64,000 bases of DNA from Klebsormidium nitens (GCA_000708835.1 DF236993.1:1-64000), one strand, 5' to 3'; positions 1 through 14,400 are shown, counted from the stretch's first letter. Notes: generated by a model not told the origin, from the sequence alone. Numbers and translations: made by a program.

Positions 1-729
1 GGTCGATAATTTATGCCACTCAAGTCCCCGCAGACCCGAGAATCTCTTGACCTCCTTTTTTCCGAGACGATGCGCTTGTGAACCCCAGTCGAGCCTCCAG
101 GCTACACTCAAGCCAAGTATCATGATCAACATTCATCTGCAAGGATATGCTTCGAGTTCAATAGAAGCAGTTGTTCCTGGATACGGGGGCGCTGGCACGG
201 GATCCTTTTTGACTAATTGATTGTGCCAACTGCTTGTACCGTAGGCCCAGGACCGGTATTCACAAATTCGGCTCGGTTAAACACAGCTTCCACCGAACAC
301 CTAGTGTACCGGGCGCTGGCGCCCGGGCTTGGGCGCCCCAGGGGAGATGATCTGCGCCCCGGGGCGAAGCCCAGGGGCGCCACAGCACCTCCGGGCAAAA
401 TCCTGCTAGAACCCCTGCTACGGAAGCAGCGGAAGAACAACTCACAGGTACTTGGTTGTTGCTCGGTGTTCGTACGCAGTTCCGCAAATAACGGTACTTC
501 TTCAGAGATGATTTGGCTCTTCGGAAGTTGCTCATAAACTCCCGGCCACGCTGCTTGTGGCCTACCGGGGCCCTCCTGATCTTGATATCACCTTAAACAT
601 ATGCCCGGTAAAGCATGAAGCCACCGGCGTGCTAAATAAGACAGCTGGCCGCGACGTCATGTGGAGTACATAGCCGGGCCCCGGGCCCTGGCCGGCCCGG
701 TCCGTAGTCCCTCAGGCTTGTCAGACGTA

Positions 730-965
730 AAAAATAGGTAGGTACCGTAGGTACGGTACCTACCCGACATAAGGTGGGACCTACGGTCACCTACCTAGTA
801 CCAAGCTACGGAGCCTGAACTTTGAAGGTGCCTAGGTACGGTACCGGTAGGCTAGACATGTGTACCGTGGTCCGTATGTGGTACCGGTAACCGTACCTAG
901 CTTGTCAGAACTCGTCCAGCGCGCCACGTACGTACGCCGTACGGTAAATTGTGATTATCGGTACG
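730..965. repeat. GTAC-rich palindromic intergenic tract
   Basis: About 13 GTAC sites (GGTACC/CGTACG) in ~235 bp, including the near-perfect palindrome ggtaggtaccgtaggtacggtacctacc at ~737-764. Confidence 0.7.
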
Positions 966-2173
966 AGGCGACAATTCGAAAATTGGACTAACGGCCTTGT
1001 CGAGTCCCGCTGGGGCCTGACAACCGTTGGGATGTCGAGTGGTATGCTCATCGACGGCTAATGTAGATGCTCGCTGTCAATTACTTGTACACATGTTGAT
1101 GTACAGTAAATATGTCCAATCAGCTAATATCCGCCTAGGTAGGTAGTAGGTACACATTCGAGCTAACCACCTGCGCTCAGCTCAAGCTCAGCTTGTTGAG
1201 TTTAGCGGCCTAGCTGGCTTCAAGCCTTGGAGGAACAGAGCTGACAGAGAAGCTCCACGCAACTCCCAGCGCAGAAAGGGGGAGATACAGGATTCGCTTG
1301 AGGGGCTTCTAGGTTTTGGTTGCTGAAAAAGCATTTGGCAAGATTTTCTCAAGCTCAAAGAAAGTCTTTGTTGCATTCAACGTGCATTCAACCGTGTCGA
1401 TTATGGCTGCTTGCATCTTCTTGAAGAGCGGCATTAGTGAACAAGCAGCACCTACGGCAGCCATTTTTAGGAATCTTCAAAACGATTTCACTGCTTGAAA
1501 ACCATGTTTGCTTGCGAACAGCAAGCTTGCTCTTCGGAAACCTAATTTTTGGTACGCTGCCAGTTAAATACCAGTGCAGTCCCACTGTACCGGCACCCGG
1601 GTACCAACTCGGAGTCATCGTGATACAACTCCCAAAATTGACGGTACCGTACGGTGATTATCGAACTGACACTGCGGTGGTACCGCGGTGACACTTCGCA
1701 GACTCGGCGCAGTGATCGAGGCAGGAAAATCCCCGTAAGTGACATGTGCATGACACGATATGTTTGTTGGACAAGCTGCATTTGCACGCAATTGTGACTA
1801 TGCATGCATAGTTTGCAAAGTACATGTGCTCATAAGCGGTCTCAAGCCTGAGCGGTTGCAAGCCACGGGCATGTGCAAGCACCAGATCCCGTGCAAATTG
1901 AGGATTGCCGATTGCCGAGCCTACCGTCTGTGATTACGGTATTATGCGGCACAACACATTGGCTGCGGCCGGATATTTTCAATTTCGAATGAGCTACTTT
2001 CAATGCCGTACATGCACACCTTTTTCTTTCAATATGCACATGCATGCACTTCAGAAGTGTAGGTAGAAATATGGAAGCCTACTAGTATAGAAGTGGCATA
2101 GTAGGCAGATGCATACCTTGCACGTCTTCTCGTCTCATGGGGGTGTGCGCACGAGGTTCCATAGAGTCGAACG

Positions 2174-5169
2174 TCAAATTTGTGGTTCCGACTTTGGTTG
2201 CACTTGGACGCTTATAGACCTGACCGACTCAGAACCTTGCAACAACTCCACGTCATTGGGCGGCTCCATCTTTACCGCTACATTTTCAGTGCCGTTGAGT
2301 GGCCGCTCTTCTTGCTCGTGACTGCTGTTCTTTTCGAGCTTATCCTGCAATAAGGGGAGACGATTCCGTTTGCATTCTCTCTATATATGAGGTTCTTTCG
2401 GAGCAGGGTCGGAATCAATTCAGGTTCGAGCAGGAGCGAGAACGGAAAAGGAAAAGGGAAAAATAGACCCTTCTATCTTGCTTGTTCTGCGGGAAATCGA
2501 TGCAAGCCCACAGATGCTTGTAACACGGAGACAAGAGTACTGCAGGTCGATAACATTCAGAGAAAGCAAAGCGTATGTCGCCCGGCCCTTCCACCTCTGA
2601 TTGAGGCGGGACCAAGGATACGGTCTTCTGTACCCCGAGAGAAGTGACAGTAGACTGGTGACTGTTAACCGGTAGGAACGTGGACATAATTCCATTTGTC
2701 TGCTACAATGCGCTTGTTCAGTTTCGAACACAACGTGAAGAAGTAGAGGTTTCAGATGGTCGCCATACGTTATCCGAGCCTAAACCAACGTGCGGAAGGA
2801 GAACGCGGCCTCTGAGAATCGTAAGCGCCCTTCCACTCAAGCCCTTTGCCCTTGTTTTGGAGGAACGCGAGTTGACCGACTCAAAATCGAGCAAGAACAG
2901 GAGAGCAAACTCATTGAGCGGAGGAACGAACTAATTGACCGGGGCGGTTCAGACCTACAAGGAGCGAAGAAGGTTGAAAGCACCGTCTCTGATGACGAGA
3001 TCACCTGACGGCCGACTAGCTGGATACTAACGGAGGCGGCTGCCTTTTGACTCTACGTGCTCCAAATACGGGGCCTGACAGGAGCAGCATGAAAATAAAG
3101 AGACATAGCGAACACGCGTCAGCAGCGTTCTCTGAAAGTCTTCAAGAGTTTTCGGGTAAAGGTGCAGCATTAACACTGAAGCAGCGGCAGAGAAACGTCA
3201 GCGGCACTCACTGCGGCTGCACTTTTCATGTCCCTGTACACTTGGGCTTCCTCCGGGAAGGCGTCGTCCAGATTATCCAGCAAGTGGCCTCGCAACTCCT
3301 GCAAAGACGTTGGCAAGGACAGCAGAGTTTGTCATGTCTCGCCGGCACTAAGATATGATTGTTACAATGAATGGAACAGGCAGCTTCTGCTGGTGCTCGA
3401 TCTTCGGCAATAGTTGGTGAAATGAGATCGGTCTGCACTGAGTACCTTTTTCAAGTCCCCAACTCCATATTTTCGTCTCAACCAAAGCAGACATGTCATG
3501 GGCTCGTTGAAGTAAAGGGCTTCTCCGCAAGATTCTTACAGGAAGACGGTGCGCTGACTCGAACATGGTGCGAAAGTAGTCACTTCCCTTCCGTTTATCA
3601 GATACTATGTAAAAGGAGATCAGCTACCCTTGTAAGAGGAGTGCATACGGAGTCGGGCGGCTCTAGACTTCCTCATTCTCTTCGATCACGTGCAGTCTGT
3701 CTGGTTGCAGCCCTATTTGGTCAGACACACTATCATCAATGCCCCAGAGAAATGTAAGGAAAGTCGACTAAAAGTTGTTCTCCATTTAACACTTCGCTTT
3801 GTGATACTCAATATGGTACGATGTCACGATCGTCAAAGCAAGAGATTGAAAAGCACGGAGGTGATCGTGAAGAGTTGCTTGTAGTCAGCTTCAAAAGAAG
3901 ACAGAAAGAAACGAAGGGGAAGAGAAGGAAATTTTGAAGTCCCACCTTGAATGCATCGACGCGGCCCTTTGTTGCCTGGTTTCTGTCTAAGCAGCGCTCT
4001 AGAAACTCCCGTGTGTAGAGGTCGGGGTTGCGTCCCTCGTCAACAAGACTGCAAAAAAGAAATTTACGACTTCGTTTCCAAACCGCATTTGCAGCCAAAA
4101 GATCACCACAAACAGTGAATTACGACATGCAACATAAGATTGGGGAGTAAAAAGATTGTGTTACTTTTGAGTGCACTTGTGGGAGCCACAGAAAAACTAC
4201 GTTAGAAACACCCCGATCAAGCCCCTTGTTGGAACACTGCCTTCAAGATTTGAAAAGTTGGGCAACAACTAATCTCCGCACCTGAGTGAGAGTCCCTCGT
4301 TAGGGAGGTGAGCGACATGTCTCCGCCAAAGGAAGGGTGCAATTCAGTCCAAAGAGTTTGACCATTTTTCTAAACATCATCCAGCTGAGTCAGCAAAGAG
4401 AGGTTAAAACTCCTATATTCTGATCCGAGAAGTAGTAGCCAAGGCTCTAAGTCTCTAAGGACGTTCACCAAATACCGCACTCTTGATGTGTACTGATCTG
4501 ACTGTAAACTATATGTTCCCTGTTCCTGAAGTGCCCCAATCGAACCACCGGTCCTTGTTTTCTGGAGAGGGGGATTGGAAGCCTCAACAATTTTGCCTGT
4601 CACAAATCATGCAACACTTTGTCAATGAGCGCCTTACCTTACCACCTCTCCCGGAATCTCAATGTCGAGCCCCTCAGCGCTTTTTTTAACGTGCTTCAGC
4701 TCCTTCACAAAGCTGTCACTGCAGACAACCGCCTGGTGCAATAAGAGTGGCCGCTGACAACGAAGGGCCCTATGCACTGGGGATCAGCCGAAATGCTTTA
4801 TTGGTGACCTCAAGACGCGCAGAGTTTCCAAGATCATGTCGATGTGCTCTAATTTCTTTACTGCTCACGTACTTTCATCACCACATTGAGCTCCAAATGC
4901 AGTAATGCCACACATTGACAAAGATCCAATCAACGTGTAGGGCCAATTGAAGTGATGCGACTGCAAAGAACTCCTACAAGCAAAAGAAACATAGACAATT
5001 GCAATGCAATCGCAGCGTACATAGTCAAAAGTGCGTACATTCTGTCAAAGAGCAGCACTTGGTTGCTTTCTTTGTAGGCCATCACCGTCCTTTCCAGCTG
5101 ATGTATCTCCAGAAGAGCATTCTCCAGCGCCACCGCTAACCGCTCAGTTCTTTTGACTTCCGTGCCCAT
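2174..5169 (-). CDS. MED10: Mediator complex subunit 10 (spliced)
   Basis: Exons ~5169-5039, 4718-4638, 4048-3946, 3298-3212, 2344-2174 with GT-AG borders. They join in frame to give LENALLEIHQLERTV..LLFDRIDSFVKEL..IPGEVVSLVDEGRNPDLYTREFLERCLDRNQATKGRVDAFKELRGHLLDNLDDAFPEE, matching the Med10/Nut2 motifs (DxGxNPD, NQxxKGKxDAF). The last exon is less certain. Confidence 0.88.
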
Positions 5170-5601
5170 TCTGCCTGCTTTCCACAATCGCCGCACTCAC
5201 CAAGGAAAGTCTGCGGTTGCACACGATGCACCCAGCACTTCCCTGATATCGGAGCAGTCCAAGCGCACTCTTAATTTCGAAATTTCCAACAAAGCACACA
5301 CACACAAACAGTTTTCGAACTCATCAATTGCCAAATGGGGAAGAAAGTTAAGTTCTGCATGCATGATGATCGTGGGCAAACCCAAGTTGCCAGGATGCGG
5401 ACGTACGATGGCCGCACGGACTCGGTTTGGGTCGCTGACCAGCCTGGTCCGACGTCCGCAACAGAGTCTAAACCACCGCAAAACCACCAGGGTTTATCAG
5501 TTCCGTGAAGGGGGCCGCGGCAAGGGCTGCGCGGCTGTCATTGTGGCAAGTCGGGAGATGTGGAGTTTGAGCGGTCAGAAATATTTGTTGTCAATGCATC
5601 A

Positions 5602-5940
5602 ATGGGGAACAATGGGAGCGCTTTCGAGAAATTCCAGGAGCTCAAGCAGAAAGAAGTTGATGCTTATGAAGCTTATGTGATTGCGCTTGACGACGAGGAG
5701 GTTGGAGAGCGACTAGCACGTCTGGAAAACCCGGATCTGGACAGGATAGTGAATATGCCAGCAGATTTGCTGAGCTTGGCAATGAGATCAGAGATGAAGA
5801 GGGTAGAGTACGAGGAGGCAAATGCTGCGGTATGGGCCTATATCGACGAGATGGGAGTGTGGGACACAATTTGCTGCGAGGCAAAGGACGCTGCAATAGG
5901 GATTCACAGCTACTTTAGCAGAAGAATTAGGAGGGTGTAG
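5602..5940 (+). CDS. Hypothetical intronless protein (112 aa from first ATG, MGNNGS...)
   Basis: Uninterrupted ORF with helical, acidic, protein-like composition, divergent from the MED10 start. No recognisable family. Confidence 0.35.
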   Translation: MGNNGSAFEKFQELKQKEVDAYEAYVIALDDEEVGERLARLENPDLDRIVNMPADLLSLAMRSEMKRVEYEEANAAVWAYIDEMGVWDTICCEAKDAAIGIHSYFSRRIRRV

Positions 5941-8402
5941 CTGCTGATCATTTGATTTGGTAATCACGGAAGCATCTTGCTCTAGGTGTTTCAGGCCACG
6001 AGTCCTCTCTGTTTTTGTGTGAGGCATTGTTTCGCTAATGCTGGATTGATGACAAAGTCGAACGGAACTTACATGAGAAAGACACGTCAGGCTCCTCATA
6101 AGCTGCATCCACTTGACCATAGACCAAAGTCTTTCAAAATTTCTGCACATGACCAAAGGATTCTGTTCGGAGCTTTCTGCCCTTGATCGATCAACATTCC
6201 TACTGCTCTCAAGGCGGCTCCCTATGATGATAGACTAGAGGAAGAGCGTATCAGCAGGACGAACACTATCAGTAATACTCTTTCAAAATTGTCACTCGTT
6301 TCCCGCCTCTGCAGCCAATTTGCGGATGCCTCTGTTTCCGCTATAATCCGTGGCCGAGCTGCACCGTCGAAGCTCTTAGCGCAAGGTCGTCGCGTCGGTT
6401 GGAGTCCTTGAATGAAAAAATTCTCCAGATCACCTATGTAATAAAACAATGTAATAATATAACACATAGTAACAATATGTACACTAATAAAACTTAATGT
6501 ACTCGGACCTTGCCACCTTTGAGACTACACAGAAAGTGTAGGCTTCCGCTAGCCCCCTCCTTCTCACCACCGATGCGATGCGTCCCTGCATCTGTTGTTG
6601 CCCTTCGCGGCAAGGGGTGAATGGGCCCCAACCAACCCCTTTCACCGCCTGCGCTAATCTGCCTCATCTGATTACAGGCAGATATACATGTTGTTGTGCT
6701 TTTCCTTCTTACCAGAAAAGCTCCCCTAAGCTTTAAAGTACAAAGCAGGAGCTGTTAATTCACGGCCGGCATGATGCCTATCTTGTATGTTGCATGTCTG
6801 TTGCATATTCCGCGTGCTTGGCCTCTCTATATCCTTTTCCTAGGTCGGATTAGTAACGAGGACGAGAACACCGTACAGGAAAGTCTGCAAGTCTTGTCTC
6901 ATTTTTTGAGGAGGCTTTGTCATCACGCAATGCGACTCTGTACGTCGCTGAGAGAACCCAAGCACGCATGGTCAGGACAATGTTCGCCAATGTAGCTAGT
7001 CCATCAGGCCCGGTAGGACGACTTCTGAGATATGCAATCAGTACAACATAGACATTTCTCACGTAAGCCACATGCAAACTTCAGCCTCTGGCCCAGGTGC
7101 CTACTAAAAGTTTGTGAATTTGTAAGTCATAGCTTTGTATCCTGACCGATGCAGCCCATAATTCAGCGTCAGCTAGCATGGCACTCCATCCATCCGGCAG
7201 GTGGCTTCCAGGCTTACAGGCGACAGAACATCTCGACTGACGCGTGTGGCCGCCAGGCCTGTCGACGGTTGCCACTTCAGGGCCGCGCTTGCTGAACGAG
7301 AGCGAAGAATGTATAGTTCGAGGCCTCGTTTGTGGGCGATCATTCGCGAAAGACTCAGCTTGAAAAGCGACGCGTACGTACACATACATGTGCAGCATAA
7401 TTCAGGGGTTGCACATGCGCAGTTTAACTTTTCTAAAATATAGATCCCGGAGCGGTTTCATTAATCTTTTAGGTGGTGCGACTGCAATAATCGGATAGCC
7501 AGACAGTGGTTGACCAATTCGGCGCGCGGGGGCCTCACTTCGCGAATTTCTGCGGTCGGTCAATGAAACAAGGTACGGTCGCAGCCATGACTAGTTCTGC
7601 CAGTGTTACTTTTGAAGCATATATGGACGGAATTTAAGGATTCACATGGGCAGCCTACACAGCCTTTTTCTGCACGGTACACGTCCATTTCCTCATTCAA
7701 TCGGAGTACACCAGAGACCTAAATTTGCTCACAGGCGCATGAGGTATGGAGCGTACTTAAAATGGACGCGGTTGAAAGGAATGCATTGAAATGTGATTGT
7801 GGTGGACTTCCCTTCACTTGATCGCTATCAAAAGGTCTATACGACGGGCTAAGTCAATGCGCCCAAATGACGTGTCCTAGTCACTTTTGACCCGGACGGT
7901 CTTGATACGCCAATCTTTCCAGTACGGCGATAAGTGTGGTCGAGTTGGTTCAGCCACCGCTGCCTAGTCATTCTCGTCACTGTCGTAGTCAACAAGCATT
8001 AGGCGACATCGTCTTCCGAGTACGTCTAGTGCCTCGTCGCCGACCCTTTCAAGGGCCTGCCGTAGTGTTGCCCAGACCCACGCAAAGGGACAATCGTTAC
8101 TTGATGTCCAAACGTCACACACTCCACCGCAGACAGCAAACCTCACGCCTTGCGACAGTACATGCTTTGTGCCTCATTACATACAGCTCCGCGCGCCCAT
8201 ACTGTCCCCCTCATCTCGACGACCCAAATCCCGCCTGCTCTCGCTAGGGTCCCCGCTCCCGTCCGCTCTTCATACGCTTTGATCTGCGCACGCTCCGTTC
8301 TTCGAACGCTCGCTTTCGTGGGCAGCACTTTTCAGTACCGCCGCAGTTGGCTCACTTGCTGTCAGGGTTGAGAATGGGTTCACCACTCGCTGCTCCTCCC
8401 TC

Positions 8403-11400
8403 TCAACCGCGGCTCTCTTTCTCATCTTGCCCGGTGGCCGCCTGCTGCGTGAAGGGCTGGGTACCAAATCCTTCAAGACTCGGATACCGGGTGGTTTGGC
8501 TGGGCTCGAAAGCAGAGAGCTGAGTGCTCGGGGAAGCGTCCTGGTTGCGGTCGGTGAAGCCGGCTTGAGTGGTGGGACCCAGGGAGTCCTGGAAGGAGTA
8601 GTCCTGGAGAAAAGGGAGAGGGTTGAGTGTTCGCAGTTCAAAGCAGGAAGATGGAAGAAAGTCACGAAGGTGACAAATAGGAGATTGCAAAAAGGAAAAC
8701 TGGGTCGGGTAAACGGAAGCGGCATCAAAGGAAGTGCAGGCTTGACCGGTTAAGGAAGGGGCCTTTTGTAATACTTGACTGCACGGCAAGTAATGAGCAA
8801 GGCTTGATTGAGCCTGTAACTTGGCCATTTGGAAGGACGAGTATGGCAAAAACCACCACCTTTGTGACCGCTTTTCCTACCAACGAAAGACCGAACCTGC
8901 CCTTGTCAAGTTTTTGGGTCAAGAAAACAGTTCAGAGCGGAAGGGCATCCGACCTGCGACATGAAGTCCCCGTTGGCCATGCCGAAGCTCTGCGAGGCGG
9001 GCACCCCAAAGTCCGCCTGACTCGCCGGTTGCGTCTCGCTGTCTAACCCCGAGAACAGCGGCTGCGTCGCGAAGTCTCCCCCGGGGGGCGCCGCATACCC
9101 GTCCCGGGCCCCGAACTCCAGCCCCCCGTAGAAGCTCTGCGACTTGTACTCGTCCCCGAAGTTGAAGTCCTGCGACATCGCGTCTGTGGCAAACTCGCTC
9201 GCGCCCCCTTGACTCATGCTTTGGGTTAGCGGGGCTTGGGTCAGCGGGTTAAGGCCGTAACCGGCATACGGACTCGCGCTGCGCGCAGGGCCGATCGTGC
9301 CGTGAGGGTTGGCCACGTGGCCCTGCCCGGGGCCTGCCACGTGTCCTCTTCCAGCGCCGCGGAAGCCTGCACCGCTGGGGGGGGGAACGTTCGGAACGTG
9401 TCCGTTGATGTTGTTGCGGGAGCCGCGGCCGAACGGGATTGCGTAGGGTTGGTGAATGGACGCGCCAGGATACGGGGGTGCAGGGATGGGGGCGCGGGGT
9501 GGGCCGTGACGGTGGTGGCCGTTGGGGATTGGATTGAATGGGATGAAACCTGGGGTAAGATAGGACAGTCGTTTTAGAAGCGGGCAGGGGAATGCTACAG
9601 AAAACAAAAGAGGTGGTACCGATACAGATACAGATACAGATACAGATGAGAAGAGAGAGTCATAGATTTGTAAGTGAGAAGAGAGGCTCATAGATCTGTA
9701 CGTGACTGGGAATGTCACATCAACGGAAGGGCGGGCGAATTGGAAGCTTGTGAGAGCAAGAGACACGAGAGATTGGGACTTAGGACTCGAGTAGTAGCCG
9801 GAGTTTGCCCCCGAGCAATGCAGTGGGACGAGTAGCGCAGATGGCACAGGATATGCGCACCAAAGCGTACTTTCCAGTCCTTTGCTCAAACCAGATTACC
9901 AACAGAAAAAACGTCTCACGCAAGTCGCCTAATCGGTATCTTTGAAGGAGGTTCCAGATCCTTTTGCGGCAGACATCTGAATCAAAGGCACACATCTCGA
10001 GAGTGGCGTCAACAAGACAACCCTTGGCCATAGGCAGACCAGCAGTCAAGAAGGTATCATTGCCACGGCGAGGAAACGGCTGGTGTTCGCTGGACTGAAC
10101 AAGAACGCTTCGGATTACCCTGCGCACGGCGGAGACTCAAGCGCCCAGGCCGGCAGCATGTCCACCATTTCCCAGATTGACCGCGGTGCTAAAAGAGCGT
10201 CGCAAAAGAATTCCCGCCAGGAGTGAAAGCAGAAAATGATGGACGGCTTCAGAAGGAACTGATGGAGAAAATCGCACTTCTTGGACTGCTGCTTTGCACT
10301 CCAAGGCAGTGGGATGCGTAGGTGGATCTTTCGCTGTTTATCACCAACGACATCGCAACCTCTAGTACGTTTTCTACTTGGTCACATGTTCGAGACAGAA
10401 GAGGATGCCCAAAAACCCCAGGACTGCGGAAACGACTCGATACTGACCAATTTGGAAGCCGTCTTGATTCCAGCGTAAGGCGGAATTGGGTAGTCCAAAG
10501 ACTATTAAAGACCGGCATCGCTCTTGACTTCAGAACCTTTCAACCTTTGATACTCTCCCTTTCTGCCGATGCTCCGACAGCAGTTGTTGTGATATGAAAT
10601 CCGACTCTGTCGGATGCGTACATTCCGGAAGTTCGGCTACTGCGAGAAGGACTTGACTTTGCGCAGTTTGTGGCTCCAGGCCCTCAAGGACAGATGGACA
10701 CGTACGCCCAACGACGGCGCCCAAGCAGTGGCAAACATGTCACGGCCACATCGCACAAAACCCGGGCGAGGCCACACAGTGGATCCGCAACTTTGAAATC
10801 CTCTATGGCTCTGGCGAGCAAAGCTTAAGACTACAGCGCCAAGTCGCGCAGCTATGGATAAAGTTAACATATTAACTTTCAAGTGGTTGGTTAACGACTT
10901 TCTATGAACTCGGGCAAAGTGGTGATCCAGAGAGAGGAGCTGATCCAGAGAGGCAGATTCCTTGTGTGCCCCTCCCAATGCTTTCAAGAAAGAAGAGAGG
11001 AGAAGATGGAAACATCCAAGCCTGATCGGCATCTTAACAGTGAGAGTCTCTGCTGACGTGACAAGGCGATTCTAAAAGCCCTTTACTTCCAGCTGACGGA
11101 ACCGGGATAAAATAGGAGTGTCACATTCAATAGCATCAGCGCTCGACAAGAAGGAGATTGAGCAAAAGCCGCCCAGCCTTCACGTACATCAAAGCTAAAC
11201 CGCGTGGGCAAAGGTGGGTTTGCTCACGCAAGCTAGAGACCGAAGATGCAAAAGAGGGGGTTTTCTATGAACCAGCTCCGAAAGCCTCCGAAGGTCAGAG
11301 CCACTGGGTCCATATATGGCCAATGTCCATCTACGGCATGGATAATTGATCAAGTAAAAAAAGATTAAAAAAAACATTCAAGGCTTTGACGTGTCGAAAA

Positions 11401-14400
11401 TCGACAGTTGCAAGTGCGCTGTCGGATCTGCCGGTGAAAGCTTTCAAAACATGGGAAGAAACACAGAAGCTCTCGGGGTTTGTGACTGAAACCGCTTTTC
11501 TGGCCGCAAGAAGAGGCTCACGAGGTGCAAATTTTTTGCGCTTGAGTACAGATCAACAAGACCGAAGTTTTCAGGTTTGAAGTTGAAGAAGCTCAAATTC
11601 ACGATCATGACTATAGCATCAGGAATCACTTAGAAGCTACAAGCGTCGCAGCACAATGATGAAGTAGGTTTCCGAGACGAACAGGTACGGAAAGGTGAAA
11701 ACATGCAAGCGTTCTCGGCAAGTGGCAGCTTGCGAGTACAACGGCAAAGCTGGCAGGCTGCGCAGACAGCTGACTCGAACTGAAGCAGACTAACTACTTC
11801 TAACCATGCATGTGATCAGGTACAATGTCACAGATAAATTTGAGCAGCAATTTTGGTGCATCGACGAGCTGATGAGAGCAGTCCTGCGGGCATGGAGAAC
11901 AGCAACAAGCAATTGATTACTGCCGAGTCAGCAAGATAAAAGAGCGGCAGTGCGTGGCAGCATCAGTGATAGGGAGAGGCATTTGGGTGCTAAGCGCCCG
12001 GCAATTGAAGCAATCGTTGCTGCCTTCAATGGGAATAAGGTGGCATCAGTCCGGGACAACCTTCGTCTGACTTGAGAAGCCCGATGCAAATAACATCAAT
12101 GTCACCCCATGGAAATGTTGGAGAGCAGTTTCAGGTAACTGAAGGAAAGATACCAAGTTACCAATCGTGAAAGATAGGTGGGATATTGGTGCGTCTTCTG
12201 GAGCTAGGCACCCATGAAGTAAGCAAACACCCGCTTTAGTAACCTGATTGAGGGAAGCCAAACAGAAACCAAGAAGGTCAAGAACTAATGTAGCGATGCT
12301 AGACATGACGATGAGACCACCTCTTACGGGGATAAAGGGCTCCCCAACCAAGGTGAGTATCTCTGTCCAGTTTGACAAATATCCGAAAAACAATACCAGT
12401 CCTACTTCCTGAACGGAGAGCCGGACAGCGGCGATCCTTTTTTTACGCTGAAGACATGCCATTGTGCTTGTACGGCTGGCGACCAGAATGAACTGAGCGG
12501 AAACCCAAGCAAGGTCCTTTAAAGTAGTAGAATGGCAGACGGAATTGGTCTCCGACTCAAACGGACCCCAAACAATTGACGGGCCAACATCGAAGGTGAA
12601 CCAAAGAAGACATGTCCAGATAGACTAAGGCTGGAAAGGCAAGGACGAATGGTTGACGTAGTGTAAAGACACTATTGAGGAGCATGTGTGCTCAATGCAA
12701 ACCATTGAAATGTGTCGAACGATAGACATATAACGAGTGCGCTACAAGAGTTGATGAGAAAGACAAAACGGCAAACGAGGCAAACAACGGACGACAGAGA
12801 AGGGTGCCTTGGTAGCCACACCACACCAACGAAGCCAGGAAGAACCACCTTTCACGGGCTTTCTGCAACCGGGGACGGATGCCTCCAGTGCCCCAGGGCC
12901 TCATTTGAACCAGCCTTGCAAACTCCAGCACACTTCCAGTCGGCTGATAAGTGCAGAATTAAGTGTTGATAGTTCAAATCAAACCTGGTCAACCCGGCGT
13001 TTTCCTTCTGGCCGACGCGCGCAAAATAACGCGAAGAGAGAAGAAGCCAGACTTGCTCAGTCCAGCACTTTCCTTTTGCTTGACCGATGCAGGAATAACT
13101 CAACTCTTCTCAAAAACAAAGCGCTCACCCCCTCCGCCACGCCCCCGGCCCCGCCGGTCGCCCCCGCTCGCTGCGCTCGCGGTCGGCACCGGCACGAATC
13201 GCCCCTCCGGCCCGCCTTCCCCAGGTCCGTACATCCTCCGCTCATTCACTACCCGGCGCGGCTTTTGGAACTGGACCATGCTCTGCTTCAAGTTGTTGAG
13301 GGGCCCCTCGACGAGAACCTCGTGCTCTTTGTAGTGGCAGAGAAGCGCATTCCAGAGAGGTTGGCGGGAGAGGACCTTCGGGTTGCCAAGCACGATCACG
13401 CCGTAGCGCGCGCGCGTGAGGGCGACGTTGAGGCGGCGGGGGTCGTTCAGGAAGCCGATGCCCTGCAGGGGGGGGACGATTTGTCAGGAAAACAAGGCGC
13501 CTGGCAGGATGAGTCGGTGGTGCAAGAGTGGTCGACATCTCCTCTCGTTGAGATGCAGCAACGAAAGCGGTCCTTCTTTTCCTATCCTTCAAACAGTGAA
13601 CTAACGGCAGTAAAGTATCTCGAGTCTCATTTTGCGGATTCAAAGAAGGTTTCACTTGGTCTCAAAATACTTTCTTCAAAATAGCGAGAATATGCATATG
13701 GATCTTCGTTTTCTCTAGAGCTTGCTCCTTCCGAGCGAAACAAATGACTAACAAAGTTAGACCAAGATAGGTTCCACTGAAGGCATAAACGAGATGACTC
13801 AAAGTATTTCGTCGACCAGTGACCGCTCAACTGTCCACCTTCCGATTCCAAGCCGCGTTAACGTATGTACACTTGTCTGATCTAGCTGAAAGACATACAA
13901 GGGAACTAGTCGAGATGCACGTGACCGATGAGAGCCATTCCGTCGTCCCGGAGGACTGCCGATGAAGTCGTTCAATTATCTCAATGGGCGCCCAACCTTA
14001 CCTGGTGCTCGTTGCTCCTGACGCAGGACAGAACGATGAAGTCCTTCTCCCGCCCCTGGAACGAGTCTACGCTTGCGACCTGCCCCAAAGGAACCGAGGC
14101 TCGTCGTTAGTTCCTTCGCTTGTTTAAAGAAAACGTCCTTCGAAAGAAATTGTACAATTACGAACAGAGCAGCTCATCAAGATTTGACAACCCACTTTCC
14201 TGCGTTTCAATCCGATACCAAACGGTGCAATACACTCTCTGCCAATCGACAGGCCTTCTTGAACCGAGCCATTGGCTTTGTCTGCCCATCGTCCCTTTGC
14301 TGGGACCATCCGACACGAAAAAAAGCCGCCCACCTCGATGTCCTTGTAAAGCTGCTGCTTCAGTGGCCCGACGCGTGCCATCAAGCTGACGACAAAGGCC

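Noticed and set aside
4830-4870. Possible ancient exon-head copy in MED10 intron 1 (VKKLEHID vs VKELKHVK)
   Set aside because: The similarity is too short and weak to distinguish from chance.
12809-13684. 291-aa plus-strand ORF
   Set aside because: Antisense to UPF1 exon 15 and flanking introns, with no domain signal.
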